This document shows, one piece after another, positions 50,086 through 63,396 of a stretch of 64,000 bases of DNA (within the stretch, counting starts at the first letter, position 1; each line of letters starts with the position of its first letter). The position numbers and the translations under genes are program-made. This stretch comes from Mobula hypostoma. Its lineage: Eukaryota. The stretch lies in assembly GCF_963921235.1 (NCBI RefSeq), contig NC_086126.1, positions 17,670,001-17,734,000 on the forward strand, given 5' to 3'. The notes under the pieces are model-generated. The model was not told the DNA's origin and ran no database searches. It saw nothing but the letters and a program-made list of their open reading frames with translations.

Positions 50086-51384
50086 AAACTGGGAAAGGAG
50101 ACTATGAATGGTCTGTTCCGGGGTTGGAAGATGGTGACTGACAACTGATGCTGTGAGGCGGCTTTTCACATATCACAATCACAACATTGGAATTAAGCTT
50201 GAACTTCCACCAACGGCAGCTGACACTGCGGCTTACCCGGAATCCCAAAGGCTGAAATAAAAGGATAGTTAACGTCTTCTCTCGCCAGATGACTGGATGC
50301 ACCATTTCAGTGAGAGTCTGTGATTTCTCTTGTTCCTGAATTCACAGCTCCGTTAGACACTCTGAGCTGATGCATTAAAAACTGCCATTCAAACAGAGGA
50401 TCAATCTCCAGCGATACGGTCAAACACTTCACTAATTGTCTTAGTAACGGCACTTGAACAAACACTTTAATTAAACACCATTGTCTCTGATGTAAACATT
50501 GGACGATTGAAGACCAATACACCACAATTCTTGGGCATTACTTCAGCAGAGTCTTTGGTGGCAATGAGGCCGGTAGATTTAATTTTAAACTCTACATTTG
50601 TCACGGAAGAGCTACTTTTACAGATTTCATTGTTTATTTTGTTTGATAATCATTGCTTTGCAAATGGAGACCAGCGACACTGAACGACCCATATCTCGGG
50701 TCCCTGCAGTTTCCCATGTTGAACTGTCGTTCAGTCCTGCAGCTCCCTCCTAGTCGCACACACGAACAGTCTGGAAACACAGATACGAAGAAAAATACAA
50801 CAGAGAAATCAAGATTGGGATAGAAACCGTCAAATAACGACGTTCTTGATGTACAAACATGAGAAAATGTGCAGATGCTGCAAATACAAGGCAATACCCA
50901 GACAGTCTGCTGAGTTCTTCCAGCATTTTGTCTGTGATATTGCTGAGAAAACAGATTTTATCAGCATCTCAAATCTGACAAAGGTCAAAGGAAATTGTGT
51001 TGAGCCGGAGGGCGGTGAGTCTGTGGAATTCTTTGCTGTCGACGGCGATGGAGCCCGAGTCACTTGGTATGTTTAACGCGGAGGGTGGTAGTTACTTGCT
51101 CAGTAAGGAAGTCAAAGACTGTGGAGAGAAGGCGTGAGAATGGAGTTGATGAGGATAATAACTCAGCCAAGATGGAATGGGGCAGACTGACTCTGCTCCC
51201 TTCTCTTACGGTCTTCTGACCGTATCCCATCAGCGCCTGGGTTCAAGTGTACAGAGTTGTTCGCGCTTCTGTTGTTTATGTTTTTCTCAACGTAGTACAG
51301 TATTTATTGTTCTGTGTTTATCAGTCTGCATTTCACGGATGGTGTAGAAAACTGCACAAAACACAGCGTCACATAATCAGTTTC

Positions 51385-54300
51385 AGGTTGACTGTCTGGT
51401 TAAGAAGGCATACGATGTATTTACCTTCATCAACCGTGGGACTGAGTCCAAGAGCCGACAGGTAATAGTAACATGGTACTAAGATAGGTGGCGTTGTGGA
51501 TAATGAAAGAGGCTTTCAAAGCTTGCAGAGAGGTTTAGGCCAGTTAGAAGAGTGGGCTGAAAGATGGCAGATGGAGTTTAATGCTGAAAAATGTGAGTTG
51601 CAAAGTTTTGGTAGGACTAATCAAAATAGGACAGACATGGTAAGTGGTAGGTCATTGAAGAATGCTGTAGAACAGAGGGATCTAGGAATAATGTTGCATA
51701 GTTCCCTGAAGGTGGAATCTCATGTGGATAGGGTGGTGAAGAAAGCTTTTGGTATGCTGGCCTTTATAAATCAAAGCTGACAAGAGAAATTAGGGATAGT
51801 ATCAATTCCAAAGAAGTAGCATACAAATTAGCCAGAGAAAGTGGCTCACCTGAGGACTGGGAGAAATTCAGAGTTCAGCAGAGGAGGACAAAGGGCTTAA
51901 TTAGGAAGGGGAAAAAAGATTATGAGAGAAAACTGGCAGAGAACATAAAAACGGACTGTAAAAGCTTTTATAGATATGTAAAAAGGAAAAGACTGATAAA
52001 GACAAATGTAGGTCCCCTGCAAACAGAAACAGGTGAATTGATTATGGGGAGCAAGGACATGGCAGACCAATTGAATAATTACTTTGGTTCTGTCTTCACT
52101 AAGGAGGACATAAATAATCTTCCAGAAATAGTAAGGGACAGAGGGTACAGTGAGATGGAGGAACTGAGCGAAATACATGTTAGTAGGGAAGTGGTGTTAG
52201 GTAAATTGAAGGGATTGAAGGCAGATAAATCCCCAGGGCCAGATGGTCTGCATCCCAGAGTGCTTAAGGAAGTGGCCCAAGAAATAGTGGATGCATTAGT
52301 GATAATTTTTCAAAACTCGTTAGATTCTGGACTAGTTCCTGAGAATTGGAGGGTGGCTAATGTAACTCCACTTTTTAAAAAAGGAGGGAGAGAGAAACCG
52401 GGGAATTATAGGCCGGTTAGCCTAACGTCGGTGGTGGGGAAACTGCTGGAGTCAGTTATCAAGGATGTGATAACAGCACATTTGGAAAGCGGTGAAATGA
52501 TCGGACAAAGTCAGCATGGATTTGTCAAAGGAAAATCATGTCTGACGAATCTCATAGAATTTTTTGAGGATGTAACTAGTAGAGTGGATAGGGGAGAACC
52601 AGTGGATGTGGTATATTTGGATTTTCAAAAGGCTTTTGACAAGGTCCCACACAGGAGATTAGTGTGCAAACTTAAAGCACACGGTATTGGGGGTAAGGTA
52701 TTGGTGTGGGTGGAGAATTGGTTAGCAGACAGGAAGCAAAGAGTGGGAATAAACGGGACCTTTTCAGAATGGCAGGCAGTGACTAGTGGGGTACCGCAAG
52801 GCTCAGTGCTGGGACCCCAGTTGTTTACAATATATATTAATGACTTGGATGAGGGAATTAAATGCAGCATCTCCAAGTTTGCGGATGACACGAAGCTGGG
52901 TGGCAGTGTTAGCAGTGAGGAGGATGCTAAGAGGATGCAGGGTGACTTGGATAGGTTGGGTGAGTGGGCAAACTCATGGCAGATGCAATTTAATGTGGAT
53001 AAATGTGAAGTTATCCACTTTGGTGGCAAAAATAGGAAAACAGATTATTATCTGAATGGTGGCCGATTAGGAAAAGGGGAGGTGCAACGAGACCTGGGTG
53101 TCATTATACACCAGTCATTGAAAGTGGGCATGCAGGTACAGCAGGCGGTGAAAAAGGCGAACGGTATGCTGGCATTTATAGCGAGAGGATTCGAGTACAG
53201 GAGCAGGGAGGTACTACTGCAGTTGTACAAGGCCTTGGTGAGACCACACCTGGAGTATTGTGTGCAGTTTTGGTCCCCTAATCTGAGGAAAGACATCTTT
53301 GCCATAGAGGGAGTACAAAGAAGGTTCACCAGATTGATTCCTGGGATGGCAGGTCTTTCATATGAAGAAAATCTGGATGAACTGGGCTTGTACTGGTTGG
53401 AATTTAGAAGATTGAGGGGGGATCTGATTGAAACGTATAAGATCCTAAAGGGATTGGACAGGCTAGATGCGGGAAGATTGTTCCCGATGTTGGGGAGGTC
53501 TAGAACGAGGGGTCACAGTTTGAGGATAGAGGGGAAGCCTTTTAGGACCGAGATTAGGAAAAACTTCTTCACACAGAGAGTGGTGAATCTGTGGAATTCT
53601 CTGCCACAGCAAACTGTTGAGGCCAGTTCATTAGCTATGTTTAAAAGGAAGTTAGATATGGCCCTTGTGGCTACAGGGGTCAGGGGGTATGGAGGGAAGG
53701 CGGGGTTCTGAGTTGGATGATCAGCCATGATCATAATAAATGGCGGTGCAGGCTCGAAGGGCCGAATGGCCTACTCCTGCACCTATTTTCTATGTTTCTA
53801 TGTTTCTATAAGAGTTGGGATGTAATGTTGAAATTGTATAAGGCATTTGTAAGGCCAAATTTGGAGTATTATGTACAGTTCTGGTCACCGAATTATAGGA
53901 AAGATGTCAATAAAATTGTGAGGTTTACTAAAATGTTGCCTGGGTTTCATCTCCTAAGTGACAGAGAAAGGTTGAACAAGTTGGGTCTTTATTCTTTGGA
54001 GCGTAGAAGGTTGAGGGGGGATTTGATAGAGGTGTTTAAAATTATGAGGGGGATTGATAGAGTTGACGTGGATAGGCTTTTTCCATTGAGAGTGGGGGAG
54101 ATTCAAATAAGAGGACATGAGTTGAGAGTTAAAGGACAAAAGTTTAGGAGTAACATGAGGGGGAACTTCTTTACTCAGAGAGTGGTAGCTGTGTGGAACG
54201 AGCTTCCAGCAGAAGTGGTTGAGGCAGGTTCGATGTTGTCATTTAAAGTTAACTTGGACAGATATATGGACAGGAAAGGAATGGAGGGTTATGGGCTGAG

Positions 54301-54980
54301 TGCAGGTCGGTGGGACTAGGTGAGAGTAAGAGTTCGGCACGGTCCAGAAGGGCTGAGATGGCCTGTTTCCGTGCTGTAATTGTTATATGGTTATATGGTT
54401 AGGTAATGTTACAGCTATATAGGACCCTGATCAGACCCCACTTGGAGTACTGTGCTCAGTTCTGGTCACCTCACTATAGGAAGGATGTGAAAACCATAGA
54501 AAGGGTGCAGAGGAGGTTTACAAGGATGTTGCCTGGATTGGGGAGCGTGCCTTATGAGAATACTTTGAGTAACTTGGCCTTTTCTCCTTGGAGCGATGGG
54601 GGACGAGAGGTGACCTGATGGAGTTGTATAAGATGATGAGATCGTGTTCATAGTCAGAGGCCCTTTCCCAGGGCTGAAATGGTTCACACAAGAGGGCACG
54701 GTTTTAGGGTGCTTGGAAGTAGGTACAGATGGGAAGTCAGGAGTAAGTGTTTTTTTTACGCAGAGTGTGGTGAGTGCGTGGAACTGGCTGCCGGCGACGG
54801 TGGTGGAGGCGGATGCAATAGGGTATTTTAATTGACTCTCGGATGGGTACATGGAGCTTAGAAAAATAAAATAAAATAAAAGGCCCGAGGTAATTTCAAA
54901 AGTCAGTCCATGTTCGGCACAGCATTATGGTCCAAATGACCTGTATTGTGCTGTAGGCTTTCTATGTTTCAATGTTTCTA
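51385..54980 (+). mobile_element. Three nested CR1 LINEs
   Basis: Outer copy split with TSD AGGTAAT (51460-51466 and 54401-54407); middle copy ~51478-51776 plus 53809-54400; inner copy 51777-53808. Confidence 0.85.
51777..53711 (+). CDS. Open reverse-transcriptase frame of a 5'-truncated young CR1
   Basis: Track ORF 52038..53711; frame stays open back to 51777; FADD intact; endonuclease and native start absent, so probably not expressed. Confidence 0.6.
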   Translation: MTREIRDSINSKEVAYKLARESGSPEDWEKFRVQQRRTKGLIRKGKKDYERKLAENIKTDCKSFYRYVKRKRLIKTNVGPLQTETGELIMGSKDMADQLNNYFGSVFTKEDINNLPEIVRDRGYSEMEELSEIHVSREVVLGKLKGLKADKSPGPDGLHPRVLKEVAQEIVDALVIIFQNSLDSGLVPENWRVANVTPLFKKGGREKPGNYRPVSLTSVVGKLLESVIKDVITAHLESGEMIGQSQHGFVKGKSCLTNLIEFFEDVTSRVDRGEPVDVVYLDFQKAFDKVPHRRLVCKLKAHGIGGKVLVWVENWLADRKQRVGINGTFSEWQAVTSGVPQGSVLGPQLFTIYINDLDEGIKCSISKFADDTKLGGSVSSEEDAKRMQGDLDRLGEWANSWQMQFNVDKCEVIHFGGKNRKTDYYLNGGRLGKGEVQRDLGVIIHQSLKVGMQVQQAVKKANGMLAFIARGFEYRSREVLLQLYKALVRPHLEYCVQFWSPNLRKDIFAIEGVQRRFTRLIPGMAGLSYEENLDELGLYWLEFRRLRGDLIETYKILKGLDRLDAGRLFPMLGRSRTRGHSLRIEGKPFRTEIRKNFFTQRVVNLWNSLPQQTVEASSLAMFKRKLDMALVATGVRGYGGKAGF

Positions 54981-55019
54981 TATATAGAAAGTTAACAAAA
55001 ATGCTAGAGCGGACATCGG

Positions 55020-55920
55020 AAGCTGGAAATAGGAGGTAGTAATAGGGGACAAATAAATGGCGGACGAAATTGTTAAGTATTATGCGTCCATCTTTTATGT
55101 TGAGGATACAAGCAGTATGCCAGAAATTCGAGAGGGTCAAGGGATGTAAGTGAGTGTAGTTGTTATTATTAAGGAGAAGGTGTTTGGAAGCTGAAAGACC
55201 GCAAGGTCACCTGACCAGATGGACTGCACCACGGGTTTCTGAAAGGAGATAACGAGATCATGGAAGAGTTAATAGTGATCTTTCAGGAATCACGGGCTTC
55301 TGAAATGGTTCAGAGAACTGGAAAATTGTTAATCTGATTTTGCTCTTCTCGACAGGAGGGAAGCAAAATACAGAACACTACAGACCGGTTATCAGGGCTG
55401 TTCTGGTTGGGAAAATGCTGGAGTCCATGAGGTTTCTGGGTGCGTGGAGACACCTGCTAAAATAGGCCGGTCAACATGGTTTCTTTCAGGGGAAATCTTG
55501 CCTGACTAATCTGCTGGAATTAATTCGGGAAATAACAGGCAAGATGGACAAAGGAGCGTTAGTGATGTTGTTTACTTGGATTTTCAGAGGCATTTGTCAG
55601 GAGCCGCAGATAAAGCTGCTGAACAATATTAGAGCCCATGGCATTACAGGAAAGATACGAGCATGGAAAATATATTTGTAACTGGTGCGAGGCAAAGGCT
55701 GGGAATAAATATGGACTTCTCAGTTGTTTGTCGGTAACTAGTGGTGTTCTGCAGGGGTCTCTGCCTTGTATGATATATGTTGATGCTCTAGATGACGAAA
55801 TTGATTGCCTTGCATGTGACAGGAAATTAGGTGGAGGGCCTGGTAGTGTTGATGTTGCAGGAAAATCGCAGAAGGACTGAGCCAGATTTGGAGATTGGAC
55901 AGATAAGTGGCAGGTGGGAT
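55020..55920 (+). mobile_element. Old CR1 RT fragment
   Basis: QHGF..GKSCLTNLLE and VTSGVLQGS remnants. Confidence 0.65.
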
Positions 55921-57063
55921 ACCGAATGGGTCGGAGGACAGACAGCACAGAGATAATATCAGGATGGGGCAGCAGATAGCAAATACGAGATGAAAAGCAG
56001 TGAGAAAGGTGCGAAATAAATCAACAAAGAACAGTTAATAAAGGAAACATTTATAAAGGAAGCCCTCTATTGGAGCTTAGAAAAATAGAGCGCAATGGGT
56101 AACCCTAGGTAATTTGTAGGTTAAGGACATGTTGGGCACAGCTTTGTGGGCCGAAGGGCCTGTACTGTGCTGTAGGTTTTCTGTGTTTCTATGACACGTT
56201 GTGACGTCAGCAAAGAATCGACAAATGAAAATGAAGAGAAGAATGAGCAACGTCCACAACGGAGCAGCGCGTCACCACGTTCAGACAACAGCAGAGAGGC
56301 GCAGCGGCAGCGTGCTGGGCCCATGGGCGTCCATTCGGCCGATGGATTGACCATTGTTTCCATGGAGAGCTCTGGAGGTGACGGAGGTCATATCAAATTA
56401 ACCCGGGCCTATCAGGGTAGGGGAAAACTGTCCTGACGTGTGTAAACTTAGAGAGCATCACATGGAGAACTTCATGCGGATGTTTTTGGAAACTGGAACC
56501 CATGCCCGAGTGACTGGCGAGGCAGGAACACCCACAATATTAGAGAATTGTCTGGGCGACCACCTCAATCATTAAGACACTGAAGGCAACAGCTAGCAAG
56601 CGAGCCCTTCTCTGGTGAGATCGGTAGTTGATTGTCAGCACGGACATTGTGGGCCGAAAGGCCTGTTTTAGGGTCACATGATTCTGTGAATCTATATTAC
56701 ATTTGTGAATCACAATAAAGGGTTTAATTTACTCTGGTAATGGGGGAGGGGGATGAGAGAGATCCCACTGTGTATAAATAGACAGAGTGTGTGGTGAGTA
56801 GACTGACCGCACTCAGTGTGAACACATCATCCGACATGTTTTGATGTGTCCTAGTTGGCTGTGGGAATCTGGGTTAGAGTGAGAGCTGGAAGCGGCACTG
56901 ATCGGTTCACCGGGGAAAATGTGACGGACAGCACTTCAATCCTTGATTCACTGCCCAGCCCAGAGTGAATAATAATTTTACATTCACCCGTCGATTTAAA
57001 TAACTTCGGGAATTCTTACGCAAGGTGTCGGGGTTGGACCACTCGGACGCTAGGATTGTAAGT

Positions 57064-60000
57064 GTTTCTCTTCACCATTTACACCTCGGAGTTCAACTAC
57101 TGCACAGTCTTGTCATCTTCAGAAGTTTTCTGATGACTCTGCCATAGTTGGATGCATCAGCAAGGGAGATAGAAACATAGAAAATAGGTGCAGAAATAGG
57201 CCATTCGGCCCTTCGAGCCTGCACCGCCATTTATTATGATCATGGCTGATCATCCAACTCAGAACCCCGCCCCAGCCTTCCCTCCATACCCCCTGACCCC
57301 CATAGCCACAAGGGCCATATCTAACTCCCTCTTAAATATAGCCAATGAACTGGCCTCAACTGTTTCCTGTGGCAGAGAATTCCACAGATTCACCACTCTC
57401 TGTGTGAAGAAGTTTTTCCTAATCTCGGTCCTAAAAGGCTTCCCCTCTATCCTCAAACTGTGGCCCCTCGTTCTGGACTTCCCCGACATCGGGAACAATC
57501 TTCCTGCATCTAGCCTGTCCAATCCCTTTAGGATCTTATACGTTTCAATCAGATCCCCCCCTCAATCTTCTAAATTCCAACGAGTACAAGCCCAGTTCAT
57601 CCAGTCTTTCTTCATATGAAAGTCCTGCCATCCCAGGAATCAATCTGGTGAATCTTCTTTGTACTCCCTCTAAGGCAAGGATGTCTTTCCTCAGATTAGG
57701 GGACCAAAACTGCACACAATACTCCAGGTGTGGTCTCACCAAGGCCTTGTACAACTGCAGTAGTACCTCCCTGCTCCTGTACCTGAATCCTCTCACTATA
57801 AATGCCAGCATACCATTCGCCTTTTTCACCGCCTGCTGTACCTGCATGCCCGCTTTCAATGACTGGTGTATAATGACACCCAGGTCTCATTGCACCTCCC
57901 CTTTTCCTAATCGGCCACCATTCAGATAATAATCTGTTTTCCTATTTTTGCCACCAAAGTGGATAACTTCACATTTATCCACATTAAATTGCATCTGCCA
58001 TGAATTTGCCCACTCACCCAACCTATCCAAGTCACTCTGCATCCTCTTAGCATCCTCCTCACAGCTAACACTGCCACCTAGCTTCGTGTCATCCACAAAC
58101 TTGGAGATGCTGCATTTAATTCCCTCATCCAAGTCATTAATATATATTGTAAACAACTGGGGTCCCAGCACTGAGCCTTGCGGTACCCCACTAGTCACTG
58201 CCTGCCATTCTGAAAAGGTCCCGTTTATTCCCACTCTTTGCTTCCTGTCTGCTAACCAATTCTCCATCCACATCAATACCATACCCTCAATACCGTGTGC
58301 TTTAAGTTTGCACACTAATCTCCTGTGTGGGACCTTGTCAAAAGCCTTTTGAAAATCCAAATATACCACATCCGCTGGTTCTCCCCTATCCACTCTACTA
58401 GTTACATCCTCAAAAAATTCTATGAGATTCGTCAGACATGATTTTCCTTTCACAAATCCATGCTGACTTTGTCCGATCATTTCACCGCTTTCCAAATGTG
58501 CTGTTATCACATCCTTGATAACTGACTCCAGCAGTTTCCCCACCACCGACGTTAGGCTAACCGGCCTATAATTCCCCGGTTTCTCTCTCCCTCCTTTTTT
58601 AAAAAGTGGAGTTACATTAGCCACTCTCCAATCCTCAGGAACTAGTCCAGAATCTAACGAGTTTTGAAAAATTATCACTGATGCATCCACTATTTCTTGG
58701 GCTACTTCCTTAAGCACTCTAGGATGCAGACCATCTGGCCCTGGGGATTTATCTGCCTTTAATCCCTTCAATTTACCTAACACCACTTCCCTACTAACAT
58801 GTATTTCACTCAGTTCCTCCATCTCACTGGACCCTCTGTCCCTTACTATTTCTGGAAGATTATTTATGTACTTCTTAGTGAAGACAGAACCAAAGTAATT
58901 ATTCAATTGGTCTGCCATGTCCTTGCTCCCCATAATCAATTCACCTGTTTCTGTCTGCAAGGGACCTACATTTGCCTTTACCAGTCTTTTCCTTTCTACA
59001 TATCTATAAAAGCTTTTACAGTCCGTTTTTATGTTCCCTGCCAGTTTTCTCTCATAATCTTTTTTCCCCTTCCTAATTAAGCCCTTTGTCCTCCTCTGCT
59101 GAACTCTGAATTTCTCCCAGTCCTCAGGTGAGCCACTTTCTCTGGCTAATTTGTATGCTTCTTCTTTGGAATTGATACTATCCCTAATTCCTCTTGTCAG
59201 CCACGGGTGCACTACCTTCCTTGATTTATTCTTTTGCCAAACTGGGATGAACAATTGTTGTAGTTCATCCATGCAACCTTTAAATGCTTGCCATTGCATA
59301 TCCACCATCAATCCTTTAAGTGTCATTTGCCAGTCTAGCTTAGCAAGGTGAGACTGAGTACAGGGCTACGGTAGGAAACTTTGTCACATGGTGTGAGCAG
59401 AATTATCTGCAGCTTAATGTGAAAAAGACTAGAGCTGGTGGTAGACCTGAGGAGAGCTAAGGTACCGGTGACCCCTGTTTCCATCCAGGGGGTCAGTGTG
59501 GACATGGTGGAGGGTTTCAAATACCTGGGTATACGAATTGACAATAAACTGGACTGGTCTAAGAACACTGAGGCTGTCTACAAGAAGGGTCAGAGCCGTC
59601 TCTATTTCCTGAGGAGACTGAGGTCCTTTAACATCTGCCGGACGATGCTGAGGATGTTCTCCAAGTCTGTGGTGGCCAGTGCTATCATGTTTGCTGTTGT
59701 GTACTGGGGCAGCAGGCTGAGGGTAGCAGACACCAACAGAATCAACAAACTCATTCGTAAGGCCAGTGATGTTGTGGGGATGGAACTGGAGTCTCTGATG
59801 GTGGTGTCTGAAACGAGGATGCTGTCCAAGTTGCATGCCATCTTGGACAATGTCTCCCATCCACTACATAATGTACTGGGTGGGCACAGGAGTACATTCA
59901 GCCAGAGACTCATTCCACCGAGATGCAACACAGAGCGTCATAGGAAGTCATTCCTGCCTGTGGCCATCAAACTTTACAACTCCTCCCTTGGAGGGTCAGA

Positions 60001-60162
60001 CAACCTGAGCTAATAGGCTGGTCCTGGACTTATTTCATAATTTACTGGCATAATTTACATATTACAATTTAACTTTTTATGGTTCTATTACTATTTATTA
60101 TTTATGGTGCAACTGTAACGAAAACCAATTTCCCCCGGGATCAATAAAGTATGACTATGACT
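57064..60162 (+). mobile_element. Rex/Babar-like LINE copy 1, interrupted by a CR1
   Basis: 57064-57170 (KFSDD) and 59347-60162 (ORF 59438..60013) are collinear with copy 2; TATGAC-repeat tail. Confidence 0.85.
57169..59340 (-). mobile_element. Young CR1, 5'-truncated
   Basis: ORF 57887..59326 nearly identical in protein to 52038..53711; nonsense change at ~57887 and a later frameshift. Confidence 0.93.
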
Positions 60163-60604
60163 GTGGTTCGAGCTGTTTTCTGAGTGTGGTCACTGTGATT
60201 CCTCACTCTGGTGCAGTTCCTGTTATGTCCGGTTGAGGTCGCCATCCTCCGACAGACCGGAGATACACAACACCCAGTGTTTCAATGAAGTGGGAGTGAA
60301 CGCTTCAGAATTCGATTAGCTACATATCGTTTCCCGCCCGTCGCACTAAAAAAACAAAAATATAAATATTTCTGTGTGATTAAAAATGTTCATTCCATCA
60401 ACACGGATTTGGGCTCGAATGAGTGTATTTCCTTTCGCTAATCCTTGAACACAACAGGTGACTGAATCGCTGGAGCAAACTGAGACACTGCTGTGGGAGG
60501 GACACGAGTGAAAGGCTCCAGTATTACAGCTGAGAAACATCAAGGTAATTCTGTTCACCCTCTTGTCTTCTTAAGTGTGTATGAGAGGGGTTACCATCAG
60601 CAAT

Positions 60605-60676
60605 TCCTCGTTAGTATAGTGGTTAGTATCCCCGCCTGTCACGCGGGAGACCGGGGTTCAATTCCCCGACGGGGAG
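60605..60676 (+). tRNA. tRNA-Asp-GTC: tRNA-Asp (GTC)
   Basis: 72-nt TCCTCGTTAGTATAGTGG...CGACGGGGAG; TTTT at 60684-60687. Confidence 0.96.
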
Positions 60677-60923
60677 AGATAAATTTTACTGCATTCTTCA
60701 AGGGAAATACTGAATTAAAAAGACAAATAAAAGGGGACAAAACATTTTTTACGCAATTCAGTTCGTTGGGCATTGGGAAGGTGGAATAGCTGGGGCTGCT
60801 GTGAGCCCGGGATGGTAGAGTTTTCCGAGAAGAAAGTGGTGTTATTGTCAACCTCTTCCATCAAGTATCCCCTGAGAATCAATATCTCAGCACCGTTCTT
60901 TGTTACTTGTTCGTTGTTCATCA

Positions 60924-61947
60924 TTAACTGGCAGACCACAGTTATGTGTGCTTGCAACATTGTGTGTCCGAAAGAGTGATCAGCAGCACTGGGGCTCCAC
61001 AGGGGACTGTCTTGTCTCCCTTTCTCTTCACCATTTACACCTCGGACTTCAACTGCTGCAGAGTCTCGTCATCTTCAGAAGTTTTCTGATGACTCTGCCA
61101 TAGTTGGATCCATCAGTACTGGAGATGAGGCTGAGTACAGGGCTACGGTAGGAAACTTTGTCACATGGTGTGAGCAGAATTATCTGCAGCTTAATGTAAA
61201 AAAGACTAAGGAGCTGGTGGTAGACCTGAGGAGAGCTAAGGCACCGGTGACCCCTGTTTCCATCCAGGGGGTCAGTGTGGACATGGTGGAAGATTACAAA
61301 TACCTGGAGATACGAATTGACAATAAACTGGACTGGTCTAAGAACACTGAGGCTGTCGACAAGAAGGGTCAGAGCCGTCTCTATTTCCTGAGGAGACTGA
61401 GGTCCTTTGACATCTGCCGGATGATGCTGTGGATGTTCTACGAGTCTGTGGTGGCCAGTGCTATCATGTTTGCTGTTGTGTGCTGGGGCAACAGGCTGAG
61501 GGTAGCAGACACCAACAGAATCAACAAACTCATTCGTAAGGCCAGTGATGTTGTGGGGATGGAACTGGACTCTCTGACAGTGGTGTCTGAAAAGAGGATG
61601 CTGTCTAAGTTGCATGCCATCTTGGACAATGTCTCCCATCCACTACATAACGTACTGGGTGGGCACAGGATTACATTCAGCCAGAGACTCATTCCACCAA
61701 GATGCAACACAGAGCGTCATAGGAAGTCATTCCTGCCTGTGGCCATCAAACTTTACAACTTCTCCCTTGGAGGGTCAGACACCCTGAGCCAATAGGCCGG
61801 TCCTGGACTTATTTCCTGGCATAATTTACATATTACTATTTAACTATTTATGGTTTTATTACTATTTATTATTTATGGTGCAACTGTAACGAAAACCAAT
61901 TTCTCCCGGGATCAATAAAGTATGACTATGACTATGACTACGACTAT
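60924..61947 (+). mobile_element. Rex/Babar-like LINE copy 2
   Basis: TGAPQGTVLSPFLF, FSDD, ORF 61217..61795; AATAAA then TATGAC repeats. Confidence 0.88.
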
Positions 61948-62032
61948 TCCAAGCATATCAATCCGGGGTTTTTGTTGTCAGCTATGAATTCCCGCATGTT
62001 CCCACCACAGTAGTAAGGTACCTAACCAATAT

Positions 62033-62160
62033 CAGTCCAGACGAAGGGCACCGGTCGGAAACGTTGACTGTTTACTCTTTTTCATCGATGTTGTCTGGTC
62101 TGCTGAGTTCCTTCAGCAGTTTGTGTGTGTTGCTTGGATTTCCAGCATCTGCAGATTTCT
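62033..62160 (+). mobile_element. PLE terminal repeat fragment with decayed hammerhead motif
   Basis: AGTC-CAGACGA...GAAACGTT-GACT at 62034-62069, then the PLE tail. Confidence 0.7.
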
Positions 62161-62169
62161 CCTAAATTC

Positions 62170-63360
62170 CTTCAGAGTGTAAACACAGGTAGGCAGGACG
62201 GTGAAGAAGGTGTTCGCCACACTCGCATTCATCGGTTCGAGTATCGGGCCCTGGACTGTGACGTCACATTACAGCTCTACCAGCCTCGGGGAAACTACTC
62301 TTGGAGCACGGAGTACAGTTATAGTTGCCCTGGGATCAGAGGGTGACATTAAACTTTAGAGGGTGCAAAAGGGATTTAACAGGAGGCTGGATAGGCCAGG
62401 ACTTTTCTCACCAGAGTGTATGTGACGTTAGAGAGGTGAGAAAATAATGGCAGTCATAGATACGGTCAATAGTGAATCTGTTATCTCCAGGGCCATGGAG
62501 TTGAAAGCTGGAGATTACAGGTATAAAGTGAGAGAGGGAAGTTTTAAATGGGACCCTGAGGATCAGGTTTTGTACACAGAATGTGTTGTTTACATGGAAC
62601 AAACTACCCCAAGTGGTGGTATAGGTGGGCACAGTTGCAATATCTCTTGGACTGTGGAGAGGGAAGTTTCACAGGGACATGGGCCAAATGCAGGCGACTG
62701 ACAATGGTTTTGTTTGGCCACTTGGTCAGCATGGATGTGTTGGGCTGAAGGGCCTGTTTCTGTGCTGCATAACTCAGTGACTATGTCTGCTGCTGTGGCA
62801 GAGCGGGAGGGACAGTGTCAGTAGTGAGAAGGTTTGGGGGATGTAGACAGGAGAGTGGATGGTTGAGGATGTGGCAGATGGAACAGAATGTGGGGAAATG
62901 TGCGATCACCCATTCCCAGGAACAAACTATAAGAGTCATTTCCACACGGGGATGTTCAGAGGGACCTGGGCGTCCTTGTAAACAAATGCAGATACAACAA
63001 GTAATGAGATAGGGAAACAGTATTTTGTCCTGTGATCCAGGAGGAGTGGAGAAGAGGGTACAGATGTCTCACTGGGATTATATAGGACCCTGGTGAGAGC
63101 ACACCTTGAATACCGTGTCCAGGTTTGGTCACACTTCCTCAGGAAGGATATCCCTGCAATAGAGGGAGCGCAGTGACTGTTCCCCACACTGACTGGGCTG
63201 GTTCCAGGGATGGAAGGTTGGTTATGTGAGAGTAGAGTGTGTGGGCTGGGTCTGTATTCCCTGCAGTTAATGAGAAAACAAGGAAATCTGTTAGATTCTT
63301 TCAGGATGTGACAGGCAGTCGGCAAGGAGAATGTTTCACCTGAATGAGAACTCCATAACT
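62170..63360 (+). mobile_element. Old CR1 3' fragments
   Basis: WQMEQNVGKC and LVRAHLEY remnants plus a CR1-type tail at ~62740-62780. Confidence 0.6.
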
Positions 63361-63396
63361 GAGGAAAATACCCTCAGAATGAGGTGTAAATCAGAA

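Noticed and set aside
56191-56436. GC-rich 81-aa ORF with a CRE palindrome (TGACGTCA at ~56202)
   Set aside because: No recognisable domain or gene context; a single 8-mer is insufficient evidence
57025-57062. GACCACTCGG resembling a reversed tRNA-Ser/Leu D arm
   Set aside because: Only ~10 nt match; no B box or cloverleaf
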